In this document: positions 42,130 to 57,091 of the stretch, piece by piece | How the letters are laid out: every line of letters starts with the position of its first letter | Numbering within the stretch: position 1 is the first letter of the stretch | Assembly (NCBI RefSeq): GCF_009914755.1 | Contig: NC_060937.1 | DNA from: the human T2T-CHM13v2.0 reference genome, Homo sapiens | Length of the DNA: 64,000 nt | Strand: one strand, 5' to 3' | Position numbers and translations under genes: made by a program | Notes under the pieces: generated by a model | What the model was told of the DNA's origin: nothing | What the model saw: the letters and a program-made list of their open reading frames with translations, nothing else | The model's database searches: none

Positions 42130-42449
42130 AGGACTCTTTTTAAAAAAAACATGACTTCTGTAATTTTATTAGCCAACTTAAAACATGTCTCTTTATTTTC
42201 TGAAAAGTATCCTCTCAAAATTGAAAGAATATCTCTTACATTTAAATTGCTAGAATTGTTTTGGTCATCCTATCCATAGATATAATACTTTTGTAAATGT
42301 CGATTATATTTATTTTCTTTAATTTCTTATTCAACTCAGCTGTTATTCAACTATCATTGGTCTTCTCTTATGTACCCTGCACCAGAAGATTGTTTCTAAC
42401 TAGTCCTGATTTATGCTCCTTGAAATGCAGATTCCTGAATTGATTGATA

Positions 42450-42690
42450 GTCTCATAGTGCAATGGCTAAGGGTGGGCCTATGGGGTCAGAGGGAGGATT
42501 CAAAGCCACCCTGTGTCACTTCCCAGACAAACCACTGCACACAAGATATTTAACTTCCCTAATCCCAAAACATGAAGGATAATATCGCCCATACATAGGC
42601 TGGCTGAAAGATTAACAATGATAACCACTGTGTGAAGTGTCTGGCAAACAGTAGACCCAGTAGACACGATAGATGAGTGTTCAATGTTCA
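42450..42690 (+). mobile_element. MIR
   Basis: 'atagtgcaatggctaag..tttaacttccctaatcc..catagggctggctgaaagattaa..tctggcaaacagtag'. Confidence 0.7.
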
Positions 42691-43022
42691 ATTCTAGTTC
42701 CCCTCTTTCTAATGTGTTCCAGGATTTCTCTCTAACTCATACTTAAACTCTCCTTTTGCAGGTATATTTTTATCATGTCACCTCAAGTCCTTCTTGTAAA
42801 AGATTAATAAGTAAATACATCTACCCATTTGACCTTATTAGCTCATGGTTTTACCTTTCTGTTTCCAAGGGTGGATGACTCCTTGATTTCATACAAATCT
42901 AGGACAATACATCTGGTTTTGTTTATGATTACCTTGTGGAAGTGAATTCAAAATGAACCTGGATTCTGTTCTTGATATAGCTGATGTTGGGTGTGATTAT
43001 GGCTGTTTAAAATGTTATCATT

Positions 43023-43317
<295 letters not shown>

Positions 43318-43468
43318 GTTGTCATTGAGAATATTATTCAAAGAAACTGTGCACTAAGAATAATACCAGATGAACTCAACTCATATAGCTCTTGTGAAAA
43401 TTAAATGGGACAACACGGAGAGAGCTTGGCCATGGTAACACTTTGTTTTTGCCCCTTCTTTCATGTAG

Positions 43469-43615
43469 ATTTTGCACTGACTCAAGGTAGCATGATCACT
43501 CCTTCATGCCAAAAAGGATATTTTCCCTGTGGGAATCTTACCAAGTGCTTACCCCGAGCTTTTCACTGTGATGGCAAGGATGACTGTGGGAACGGGGCGG
43601 ACGAAGAGAACTGTG
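43469..43615 (+). CDS. RXFP2: RXFP2 exon 2 (LDLa module)
   Basis: atgtag|AT..(D)[48 protein letters not shown]+G|gtgagt; 6-Cys LDLa with acidic Ca-binding motif; 147 nt, phase 1-1. Confidence 0.98.
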
Positions 43616-43966
43616 GTGAGTGCTCCCCTCGGCTCCCCATGTGTGCCTCACTTTATGAACACCCCAAAACTGTGGGTCGGTTGGATAATGATTGTGATAA
43701 ACTAGGAAAGCTGATTTGGTGTTCTGTAGGGATTTCCTTTGAAACACAAATAATGACTCCCCAATGTATTTGTGATAACGACCTGAATTTTTGTAGGTAC
43801 AGGTTACTTAAGTCAGAAATACAGTATCATAAAATGTTATATTTTATAAAAATAAAATTATATTTGAAAATCTACTTCAATACTCATATTTTAATTATAA
43901 GCAGTTTTCTATGAATACCTCCTTATGGCTGGTAATTTGGTTCAGCTTCAAGAATATTCGTAAAGT

Positions 43967-44271
43967 GGCTGGGAGTGGCGGCTCATGCCTATAACCCCAG
44001 CACTTTGGAAGGCCGAGGCAGGTGGCTCACCTGAGGTCAGGAGTTCGAGATCAGCCTGGCCAACATGGTGAAACCCCGTCTCTACTGAAAATACAAAAAA
44101 ATTAAAAAATTAGCTGGCCGTGGTGACAGGTGCCTGTAATCCCAGCTACTCGGGAGGCTGAGGCAGGAGAATTGCCTGAACCCGGGAGGCAAGGTTGCGG
44201 TGAGCCCAGATGGCACCACTGCACTCCAGCCTGGGTAACAAGAGCAAAACTCCATCTCAAAAAAAAAAAAA
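43967..44271 (+). mobile_element. AluSq-like
   Basis: Dimeric Alu with A-tail. Confidence 0.95.
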
Positions 44272-44299
44272 TGCATAAAGTGTGAATGGGCCTAGCTAA

Positions 44300-44586
44300 A
44301 GAATTAATTGATAGAACAGACCTATACTGAGTGCCTGCTATGTGCCAGGAGCTCTCCAAATCACTGGGACACAGTGAGCTCAAGGGAGACAAGTGTCTTG
44401 ACCTTGTGGAGTTCACATGGGTAATGTGAACTAAGATGATGATAAACCTGTATGTAAAAAAATCAATAATCTGAGTGATAAATAAGGAAATGAAACAGGA
44501 TAATGAGATAGAAAGTAACTTGGAGGGAGGGATACTTCAAGGATGTAACCAGAGAAAATCTTTTTAAGATGATGACATTTGGATTG

Positions 44587-44667
<81 letters not shown>

Positions 44668-44850
44668 CTGTGAAATATTCTGGAGGGGCAGAATTCCAGG
44701 CAAAGGCAACATCAAGTGCAAAGGCCCAAGGCTGACTGAAACAGGATGATGTGTTTGATGGTGTGTGGCTCAAGCAGAGTGAACAGGGGTATACACATGG
44801 AATGAAGGGGTAACCAGAGACCAGATCCCAGAGCATCTTACAGGCCAATT
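44300..44850 (-). mobile_element. L2 3' region
   Basis: 'tactgagtgcctgctatgtgccagg..gcagaattccaggcaaaggcaac..tgcaaaggcc'. Confidence 0.85.
44588..44663. repeat. (GAAA)19 tetranucleotide STR
   Basis: Perfect 76-nt array, counted directly. Confidence 0.97.
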
Positions 44851-45266
44851 TCACCTCTGTTTATTGAAACCTAAAAAATATTTTTCTCTGGAGGAAACTG
44901 ATGCCAAGAGAGGCTGACATGTCTAGTTAATCCAAAAGAATCCTGTGTGTTTTCTCCCACAGAGAGCTACCTCTCTTCAGCACTGCCCAACCATCCATCA
45001 AAGTGGGGCAGCAAAGCCCACAGCATGCATCTCTAGAATCTCCTGTCCTGCCCCTGGGTACTCAGGCGTGCCTCCCTCTGAAGGACATAGCCTCTATCCA
45101 CACTTCCCGTGGATCACTTCTACTCATTCTTTAGGGCCTGGTTTAAGTGTCTCCTCCTCCAGGAGGGCTTCCCTGGCCCCCCTGAAGCTGTATCACCGGT
45201 CTAGGATGGCTGCAATTTCTCTGTTATCACAGCACCCTGGGTGTATCTGTATGCTGCACAAAGTAG

Positions 45267-45609
<343 letters not shown>

Positions 45610-46172
45610 CTTATCATTGTATTTATCTTCCTAGACAGGAACTCCTTGAGAAGAGGCCTGAGTCTTATCACCAGAGCTTAGAGCAGTAGAGTACACAGCA
45701 GGTACTCAGTCAGTGCTCAGTTTTGGGGGCAACTGTCTGGATGCCAATGGGCAAGTTACTCAAATTCTCATCCTTTCCTCTTTGCTGCATGGGAATCAGA
45801 AGCCATGAATGTTTACCCCATGAGGATTTCTGAACCCAAATTAAATAATGCAAGTGAGGGAGCATCATAGTAGCATCATTGAGAGTATTAATAAGAAATA
45901 GAAATAAAGATTCCAAGGATCAAAGCAGACTGTGGGCAATTATTTTAATTGATTTAGGTATTTGTGTGAACTTCAGTATCTTACATTATAATGCATATTT
46001 TATTATTTTATAACATATAGTGAAATAACAATACTTCACAATTAGGCCTCCTTTTTTAAAAATATGATTTACCAAAAGGAAGAGGAAAATTTGGCAAATA
46101 AATTACATTTACATATGACAAATTGACATTAATATATGACAAATTGAGGAAATGTTATTTTACTCAAAAACC

Positions 46173-46470
46173 TTTATTTATTTATTTATTTGAGACAGGG
46201 TCTCCCTCTGTCACCTAGGCTGGAGTGTGGTGCCATGATCATGGTTCACTGCAGCTGTGACCTCCTGGGCTCAAGCTATCCTCCCACCTCAGTCTCCCAA
46301 GTAGCTAGGACTACAGGTGCGCACCACCACACCCAGTTAATTTTTTCTGTTTTGTAAAGAGAGGGTCTCCCTATGTTTCCCAAGCTGGTCTTGAACTCCT
46401 ACATGCAAGTGATCCTCCCACCTCAGCCTCCCAAAGTGCTGAGGTTACAGACGAGTGCCGCTGCACCCAG
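46173..46470 (-). mobile_element. AluJ
   Basis: Antisense Alu with (TTTA)n tail and J diagnostics. Confidence 0.93.
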
Positions 46471-46914
46471 AAAAAAGCCTTTGAGAAACTTTGCTTTTGC
46501 TTTATTAAAAAAAAGTCAGATGACATAAATGTTATCAGAACTCAATATATCTATCAAGTATGTTTCTACATATACAGCAGTATGCACGTGACAAAAACAA
46601 AATTCAGTTATTTTCTTCAGAGGTCCTCAAAATTAAAGTCAAACATGGACAATGTCTGTATTAGAAATAGATGATATTTTCCAAGACATTTATATTTATG
46701 TAAAATAATTATATACTTGCATTGCAAATTTTATGATACATACATTTGGAGTATTTTTCATGTAAAAAAGGGACACCTTGCAGATGTTTGCCTAACTTTT
46801 TCTCTCTTACTATGTATTTAAAATATCAATAATTCTATTACTTAAACATATTTTAGTTTAAAATCATTACCAAATTGTTAAATTTTGTCAGATGGTATTT
46901 AGTTTCTAGAATAA

Positions 46915-47031
<117 letters not shown>

Positions 47032-48241
47032 TGATTCAAAGACAGTATCAGCTTTGTGAAAAACATGATTTGTGATGCACAGATTTATATGGGTAATGTG
47101 ACAAATTCCCTTCAGAATTTCCGTTTTAGTTCAATGTATTTCACTGGCTAACAGGTCTGCTGTCTGCCTGTGATTGGAAAGATAGAAAAAGAAAACGACC
47201 ATCTCCATTTATGCTATTTTCATGCATTACTCTCTGATTGCAAGAATATATAAGTATTGAATAATTGTGACAAATAGTAAAGTTCTTATTACTTTTAACT
47301 ATTTTCTTCAAGAAAGATGTTAGGCACTGAGAGGACAACGATGACTAAGACTGAGTTCTAACCCACAAACATCTCACATGTAGCAGGAAAGACAGCTCCT
47401 TACAAAAGCAGTGATGATATAATATTATTGCTAAAAGGGAGGAATAATGTTTGCACCAGGGAATGGGGAAGCCCATTGGAAGAAATGATGGCTGTGCTGA
47501 GGATGGGGAAAGATTCCCAGAGAGGATAACATTTGAGATGGACTTTGAAGTCCATGGATGAAGGAAAGGATATGAGGTGACAGGATGAGCAGAGGAGCAA
47601 GATCAACAAAACACTGGGGTCAGAAGATGCGCAGCAGGCTGCAGGATGCCTCTTCACAACCATTCTGAGTGCATGAGGTGGAGGGGCAGGAGCCGAGCCT
47701 AGAAGGCTGGTGCTAGCCCATGAAGGGTTTTGGTGTACACCTTGAAGTGTGGCCTCTATCCCATAGATAGAATTTTTGGGGTGTGTGTGTATATGTAGAG
47801 ACATAGATATATAATTAGGAAGATGAATGTACAATTACATACATTAGTATGTATATGTAAATGTATATATATAACATATATATCAAATACTACACTGATA
47901 GTATTTTATGTACTCTATAATACCAGTTTATAATTACCACTTATATATTTTATTATACACAAGAATATTCTGTATGAAAATTAGAAAGTAAAAAAGGATA
48001 AGATTAAAAATAAATATAACCAAAAGTTCTACTATTCTACCTGAGCCACAATGAGTTGTCTTGCCCACATCCCATTTTAAAGGTTACTGCTGTATAGAAT
48101 GGGAAATCATCATAGTTTTGGGCCTTATGTTTGTTTGATTTGTTCTATATTTCTTTCATTCTTAATGAGGAGGAAGAGCATGTGATCAGAAATGTATGTG
48201 AGGAAGATTATTTCATTAGAATTGCAGAGAATGGATTAGAG

Positions 48242-48762
<521 letters not shown>

Positions 48763-49456
48763 GAAAGAATGATGATAAAAGAGTTACTGGTTATTATGTT
48801 TATTCCAATCCCCAGAAAATGCCATTGAGAAGATTGAGGTAGAGAGAGATGCAAAAGGAGTTTCAGAAAAAGAATCCACAAAATCATGGGGACATGATTG
48901 GTTTGCAGGTGATGGAGGGTGAACAGTTAATGCTCACATTTCTGGTGTTGACAGCACACCCAGCTTGACCATATGAAATTATTCTATTGGTAAATAAGTT
49001 TCCAACCACAGGTTTTCAATTTAATCATATAACCACTATTTCAATGGTGGTTATGTCAATAAACATTGACGTAAGCATATGAAAGTTATCTTTAGGAAGT
49101 TGAGCTAATTAACATATATGTATAGACAACATAAAATATTTTCCAAAATGTATACACTAAAAGCATCTTTTACATTAAGTACTCAGTAGAAGTTTGTTGG
49201 CTTTACTAATAAAATTCAGTAAAATTTATTTTTAAAATAACATTTGGATAAAAGTGATCTAAAAGAAGAAGGGCACCTGAAAAGAACTTATAATTACATT
49301 AAAATAAATAACAAAATAAATTCAAAAATAACTCTCACATTCTTAGCTCTATCAGTACAAATATTCATAGGCTCAGAGGAGAAATCAGACTCCAAAAATA
49401 CTTGCTCTTTCTCTCAAAGCCTCGCTCTCTCTCCTCTGCCCTCGTCTGTCTCTCTC

Positions 49457-49461
<5 letters not shown>

Positions 49462-49519
<58 letters not shown>
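49462..49519. repeat. (CA)29 microsatellite preceded by a short (CT)n
   Basis: Counted directly. Confidence 0.97.
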
Positions 49520-49521
<2 letters not shown>

Positions 49522-50241
49522 GACTGTCCTATGGACCAGCTTGGCCTGGCTTCTCCTTAGATTTCTCACTCCTTTACATGTCATTATCCTAGTAACTACG
49601 TAAGTCCCTTCAGAGTACATCCTGAGTCCTTCTTCTTTCTTCTGAATGCTTCAGATAGATAGATCTTTGGTTATTTCAGCTTTGCAGCTTTTTACCTTCA
49701 ACTTTCAACCTCATAGTAATAAAAAACAAAGAACCAAAATGAAGGAATATCTGGCTGGATGGATTTTAGTAAGGTGCCAGGGTGGTTATGGTAGAACCTG
49801 CATCTCAATCTTCTCATGGCTCTAAGGGAAGTTTGAAGGAAGAAAAAAAATGAATCTGATTTTAAACAATAAGGATTTATTGAGCAACTATTTTATGCTA
49901 TTCAAATGAATTGACTCAGTCATATCCATTAAGAATTACTCAATCATACAAATGTTTTTCATTGAAGTGAACTTAATCTTGCTTCACTAGATGAGTTTAT
50001 GCTAGTTAACATTTTGTGCGTTTTTTCCAATCACTTGGTAAATGCCTCTGAAATGACTACTAGAAGCTAGAACTGAGATTAACACATTAGTCTGCATTTA
50101 AGTAGGAGAGAATTCTTATTTAATTTTATTAGGGGCTGAATGAGTTCATTTAACAGATGTAAATTTTATACATTCGATGAAAAGAAAACAATATCAGTTA
50201 TTAAAGGCAAAGTCATAATTAATGTATTTGTTTACTAGTGA

Positions 50242-50373
<132 letters not shown>

Positions 50374-51087
50374 TGAGTAAAACTTAATTATTGGTGATAT
50401 CTGTCCCTATAGTCACATGAAAACCAAGAAAAAACCCAATAGTGTTGCTTGTGCATTAGCAAAATAATAGAAACCCTGTTTAAAACTACCAGTCATCAGA
50501 GAATTCTCCATGCTTCCTATTCAGGGGGAAAAAATGGTTTACACACTGTATGTTAGATTAGCCTGTCATCAGTTAGCTCACAAATGTCTGTGGGCCTGGA
50601 GTTCTTATTTTCAATTGCTTTCTGATTTATGTATGATTACTACTGTCCTTGTGCTGAAATGCTTTTTTTTTTTGTTTTAAAAGGAAGCACACTCACTTAT
50701 TCTACGTTTTTTTTAACGTTGGTAATCTATCCAAGACTGCAAAGATATAAAAGATCCATGAAGCTAGTAGCTATGTTATATCATGCAAAATTTTCTGTAC
50801 TTTGCATAAAGTTCTTGAAAGCCTCAGGAATTTGCAGTCATGTCATCATTTGGGCATGCATGAGTGGGTTGGGATCTTTGGCTGGTTTTTGGTTTGGTTT
50901 GGTTTGTTAATGCACCCACAGAGTAAAAACAAAGAAGTTAAATCAACATGGACTTCCCAGTCTACTATACTAACTGGCTACATTTGTCAAATACTCACAA
51001 GCTACTTTATTTTGCTTTATAAACTTTTCATTCTCCCATGAAAAATTTTTAGTTATTGTCATGTTCAAATATGGATTAGTATAATGA

Positions 51088-51258
<171 letters not shown>

Positions 51259-52849
51259 TAAGTAGCCGTTAATAGCATATTTATTTAAAAAAAAATCCTC
51301 GTGGTGGTGTAAGATGTTTTTGATCTAAAAATAAAATATTGTTTGTTATCTTTATCATTACATTTATGTTTCTAAATGTAATTAAGATTAGAAAATAAAA
51401 CATTTGAAAGTATGTTATCTTTCCATTTCATAATTTGAAGGAGCTGAACCCATTTTATTTAAACTTTTTCAGAGAATTAACTTGGAGTCGAGGTAAAACA
51501 TCTCAATAGGAAAATACACAGTTCCATTATTTTCCTCAAGATATTGGGAAAATGACATTGCAGATTCAGAGGCACTTTTTCACTTGAAAAAAAAAGAGTG
51601 ACAGCATAAACAAGAACAATCAGATCATTTCAGATACATAATGATAGGGTACAGATATCCCCCAGGGTGTTAGGAGTGAAAACACAGGAGTTATGCAACC
51701 AGTGATATTAACATATCTGAGGAAAGAAAATGCCAATAAATAGGATATGATCAGCAGAGAAGGTATTCTGTGACAAAGAAGGGCCAATATGCTTCCAGAA
51801 TCATCCAAGAAAGAAAACCGGGAACTGGGAAATATAATCCCTAGAGATGATCTCTCTTGGAGGGTCAGGATGCACCATCAATCCCCACCACAATTTTCAT
51901 GAACAATCCCTTTGCTTTGATTCTCTACTCACCAAGAAACCTTAGGATGATGAATTTAATTTCCCAACTTCTTCATTTTAAAGTATTTGAAAAGTTGCAT
52001 GGCATAGAGAATAAGAGCATTCCTATAAGTGGGATGGGATGCTTTCTATTCACATTAATAAATGGAGAATATTCAGGTTCGTGTATCAGTCATTTGTAAG
52101 TTGGATCAATATCTGTCAATCCCTCTGGGCCAGTTGCTCTGTGGCACTGGAGGGGCTACACCTGCTGAGATGATCATTAGACTAGATAACAAAATTAGCA
52201 AGAGAATGCTGTACACGCTGCAAGCCCCCTTGGTGGTACCATCATCTTATTGTTTTATCCTTCAATATCCAGCATAGAGGAGAAAAGTTTCTAGAAATGT
52301 GAAATTTATGAAAATCCAGGAATAAAAATTATCTGAATCTTTGCTGATACTGGGCACACACATTTGGTTTGAAATACCATCAAGGATTTTGTGTTCCTGA
52401 ATTTAGGTATAAATTTCCTCATACAAGAAAAGAAGTAGCTAATGGAAGTCCATGACGTAGAACCTTGTGTGAACATCAATACTCAATCATACCTGGGCTT
52501 GATTGTGGCCTCTGTAAACCCCGGCTGCTCTCAGACCTGTTGCTTCATCCTAAAGTATGTGGGTATGTGGTCATGTCATTGCCACACTGGAGTAGCTATG
52601 CATTGGCTCTGCATGTCCAGATTCCTCTAGAGAGGAAATTCTAACCACATTCTTCCTAGTCTTCCAAGAAATCCCTAAAATCACAACATGTTCATTAGAT
52701 GAATCAATATTGTCTTTGTACTGCCTGAATAATACATGTGGGAGGAAAAATAAAATAGCACTAGCAGAAAGGAAGGGAAGAGATTTTCGTTTCAGAATTC
52801 TTGTTTCACAGCAATTGAAATTCTATTTTCTAGAGTCATAGAAGTTTTA

Positions 52850-53000
52850 AGAATTTCTAATTAAATCTTCTCATTACACACGAAGTGACTAAAGTCTGCA
52901 ATGGTTAAATGACTCACCTAAGATCTACAACTAGTAAGTGGAAGACCCAGAATTAGAGCCAATGTCTTCTGATGTCCAAGGTAGTGCTTACTTTACCATA
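52850..53000 (-). mobile_element. MIR
   Basis: 'ggttaaatgactcacctaagatctacaactagtaagtgg..agaattagagcc'. Confidence 0.7.
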
Positions 53001-54259
53001 ACAGGAAACCTTAAGAGGGAAAGAAATAGTTCTAGCAATCAACTGAATTTCTACCAGCACAGACTGTCCCACCCCATGTAGAATTCCCTTGTATATGTTT
53101 TGCCCCCTAATCTGGGGCAAGCTGACTTCTGGGGAGGGGGCGGAGTCACTAGAGGCTCAAGCAGGAGGGTTAAAATTAGACTTCTCAGGCCACGTCCTTC
53201 CTTGGTCTATTAACTCATAACTGTGTTCTATGCCAATATCTCCCTCTGTGGTCCCAGGCCCTGCTAGCCCACTGAAGAGAAGAATATAGAAGCAATTTAA
53301 TAATTCAGGTCCACAATTTTCCTAGTGAAAAAAGATAGAGACTAACCTTTATTGCCAAGATTAGCTAGCAATTTCTCTAAGTAAATGTCTAATTCTACTT
53401 TGTCAGAGAAAACAGGCACCACATCATAACCTGAATATCACCTGACAGGGCTTCTCCCCATGCAAGCTGCTATTTGATGATTTGCAGGCAATTTAATTTT
53501 CCCAGAGACTAATAGAAAAGAGGTTATGAGACTTTCATCAATAAACATTCACCAAGTGTCTATTATATGTAAGATAAAGCACAGGGGGATAAAACACAAT
53601 TGCTTACAGTCATCTACCACTTTTTAAAGTTTACAAAGAATTCCAATATTTGGAATTTTCACTTTGGCTTTGATCTCCAAAGTCTGTGAGGTGGGGCAGA
53701 CACCGTTACAGCAGTTTCAGGAATGAGGAAAGCTACTTGGGGAGAGAGGTTGTTTGCCCAAAGTCAGTCAGCTGACAAGTAATAGAGATTGGCCTCAAAC
53801 CCAAACCTTCTGACCATGCTCCTTTGGAAGCCCACCCACATAGTCCAGGCTCAGAATATGTTATTATCAATGAAACCACCCAGTAAGTAAACTTTGATTT
53901 GAAAATAACTCAAGTTCTTTATACTCAAATATCCTAGAGCAGCTCATAAGCTCAACAATGCTTCCTTAAATCTCCTTTCCTCACCATCCCCTTTACCCAC
54001 ATTCCTCAACTCCTCCTGCTCTTTTCCAAACTCCCAGAAAAATAGCCCCCTGCACCAGTCCTACTTCTTGTCCCTCCTGTCCATCTACTCTTACCTTTTT
54101 CTTCCCAATCCTCATTCAATGACCCAAATAACAAATGTGGCAAATACCAAACCATCCCCAGGAAGGGATGTCAGTTGGAGGAAGAAACCAGATGGGCCTC
54201 AGCCAGAACTCTTGGTATGGAATCTGGTAGCAGGAGAGCAGTAGCTAGCAAGACCCACA

Positions 54260-54480
54260 TATTCATTCACTCCTGTGATGAATATTTATTGATACCTACA
54301 AGGTGCCAGGCACCAAGGATACAGCATGAACAACACAGATGAAAAGATGAAATTAAGCTTGTGGAGCTTAATTTCCAATCAAGAAAGATAGTCAATAAAC
54401 AAAGTTTAAAATATATAATTTGTTAGGTGGTGGTGAGGGCTAAAAATAAACCAGAAAGAGGATTAGAAGGTGCTGGGGAA
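54260..54480 (-). mobile_element. L2 3' end
   Basis: 'attcattcac..aatatttattgatacctac..gtgccaggcac..gtggagctta'. Confidence 0.75.
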
Positions 54481-54639
54481 ATGGAATTTCAAACAATTCA
54501 CTAATAATTTTGTCCACATTACCACTGCTCAAGGCGCCTCTAAAGCTTCCCATCATTCCTAAATTTACCCCCAAGAGACTGCTCAGAACACATCTAATTG
54601 GTCTTCTACATACGTCTACAGGTATTTAAGACTAGCTAT

Positions 54640-55900
54640 CATCACCCTCCACCACACCACTAATCTCTTCCCTAAGTATCCTCATTTCCTTAAATTCCTC
54701 CCCAAAGGACATAGTTTCAAATCTGTTCTTCATTCTAGTCACAATAATCTGCATATGTTTACCTACATTTGTCTTGATGGGTGACATCTAGAATAAATAT
54801 ACTATTATCACCGTAACATGACCGAGGCAAATAGGGAAGAACTCGCATCCCTTTCCTTCTGCACTCTATGTGCCCTATGATTATATTGCTCTTTTGATGA
54901 CTTCTTGATACTCTTGACTCCTAGTGATCTATAATTTCTAATTCCATGCCACATGTGTTGCTGCTAAGTGATGTGTGTGCTACATCTTGTACTCATGCAC
55001 TTAGCATTTGAGAGTTAGTCATGGGTCCTTAAATACATCCCTAGTCAGTTTCATCCTGTTAGAGTCAGCTTTTCTTACCGGAGTGTGAAGGTCTTTTTGT
55101 ATTTTCCATCATAGTCACTACTCCTCTCATAATTATGTCATCTGCAAATAAGATCAACTACCTTCACCCAGGTCATGGAGTAAAATATTGAAGAGAACAG
55201 CACTAAATTGTCTTTCTATATTCCTTCATCATCATCCTTCAGATAAGAATATGTGTCATTCTTTCTTTTGTCCATAAAAAATTATAAAACTGCTTGATCA
55301 ATGCCCAGTAGACATGTAACAATGTTTATCACATAGTTTTGCACAGTCTTTCAAAGAAGAATATGAAGTTGGTCTGCCATGTGGTTTCTTGTGAGCTCTC
55401 CTGGTCACTCTCTCTTTGAGGCATAGACAAAGCAGCATCATATTCACCTGTTCTATGATCTTCCCAAGACCAGCATTGAGCTCATCCAACTACAGCTTGT
55501 GAAACCAACTTCTTCCCTTTTTGAGAACTTAAGACTACATTTGCCATCTTTTACTTTCCAGCTGCTCATCCTTTCTCTGGATTCCTCAGCAACTGATCAT
55601 AATTTGATGTTCTCATTTTTTGGCATTTCTCAATTTCTGGGAGAAAATTTCCAAACCAGAGGGCTTTAATTAATTTTGATTAACACCTTCTACCATCTTG
55701 GGCTTTCACTGACCTGCCATATAGCCTTTCCATTTGCTTCAATCCTAAGACCATCTTCTTTGATCCAGAACACAAGAACAAAGTAGGAGTTGAGAAATAA
55801 GCAGTTGTTCCTTTTATATTATCTCACAACATTATAAAACAGGTTCCAGGAGGCAAACTGAGACTTTCCTTGACACTTTCTTGCTTCTCCAACTAGATAC
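54640..55900 (-). mobile_element. Probable ancient L3/CR1 LINE fragments
   Basis: Degenerate CR1-like phrases ('tgtcatctgcaaat', 'tagtcagtttcatcctgttag', 'ttggtctgccatg..ttcttgtga'); heavily diverged. Confidence 0.5.
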
Positions 55901-56457
55901 ACATTTTTATTGCCACAGTATTCTCTACTGTTTGAGTTTTACACATGACTCGGGTCAACTACAATTCTATTTTCATGAAGCCCTCACTTTCCTTCTCGAA
56001 GGAACAACTCTCTGACCACCATACCCTCCTCATGGGCTGGACAGTCCTCCTGGTTCTCTCTTAGTCTATTGAGGCCTGTGTCGTAGCATACCTAGTAAGA
56101 AACCCATAAGGACTAATGAGTATTTGCTGAATGAACGATGGGTAGCACTAACATGTAGAACTAAAGAGAAGGTGGGGAGCATCTTCACCAGGGAGAAGAA
56201 AGAAACATAAGCAGAAATACTCAAAGGATGTTGAGAAGAGAGTGAACATGCAGTTTGCCTAAAGGAAAGGCATCCCCACAGGAGATGATGGAGCGTATGC
56301 CGGAGAGGTCACTGAATCTTGATTGTATGCCAGCTAAGGCATCTGAATTTTATTCTGTTTGAGCAGAGAACAGACATGCACAAATATGTGTTTTAGACTG
56401 TATTGAGCTAATAAAGTTAATCTGCATATTTAAGTTGTATTGGGATATATCCTATGC

Positions 56458-57091
<634 letters not shown>

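Noticed and set aside
43405-43914. 169-aa ORF as a stand-alone Cys-rich or secreted LDLa gene
   Set aside because: It is exon 2 plus read-through into the flanking introns. Only 43469-43615 has LDLa pattern and splice sites, and the AATAAA at 43851-43856 lies before the ORF stop, so a clean truncated isoform is not supported.
52222-52240. Second CTCF-like motif (ccaccaagggggc on the minus strand)
   Set aside because: An extra base in the core breaks the motif spacing.
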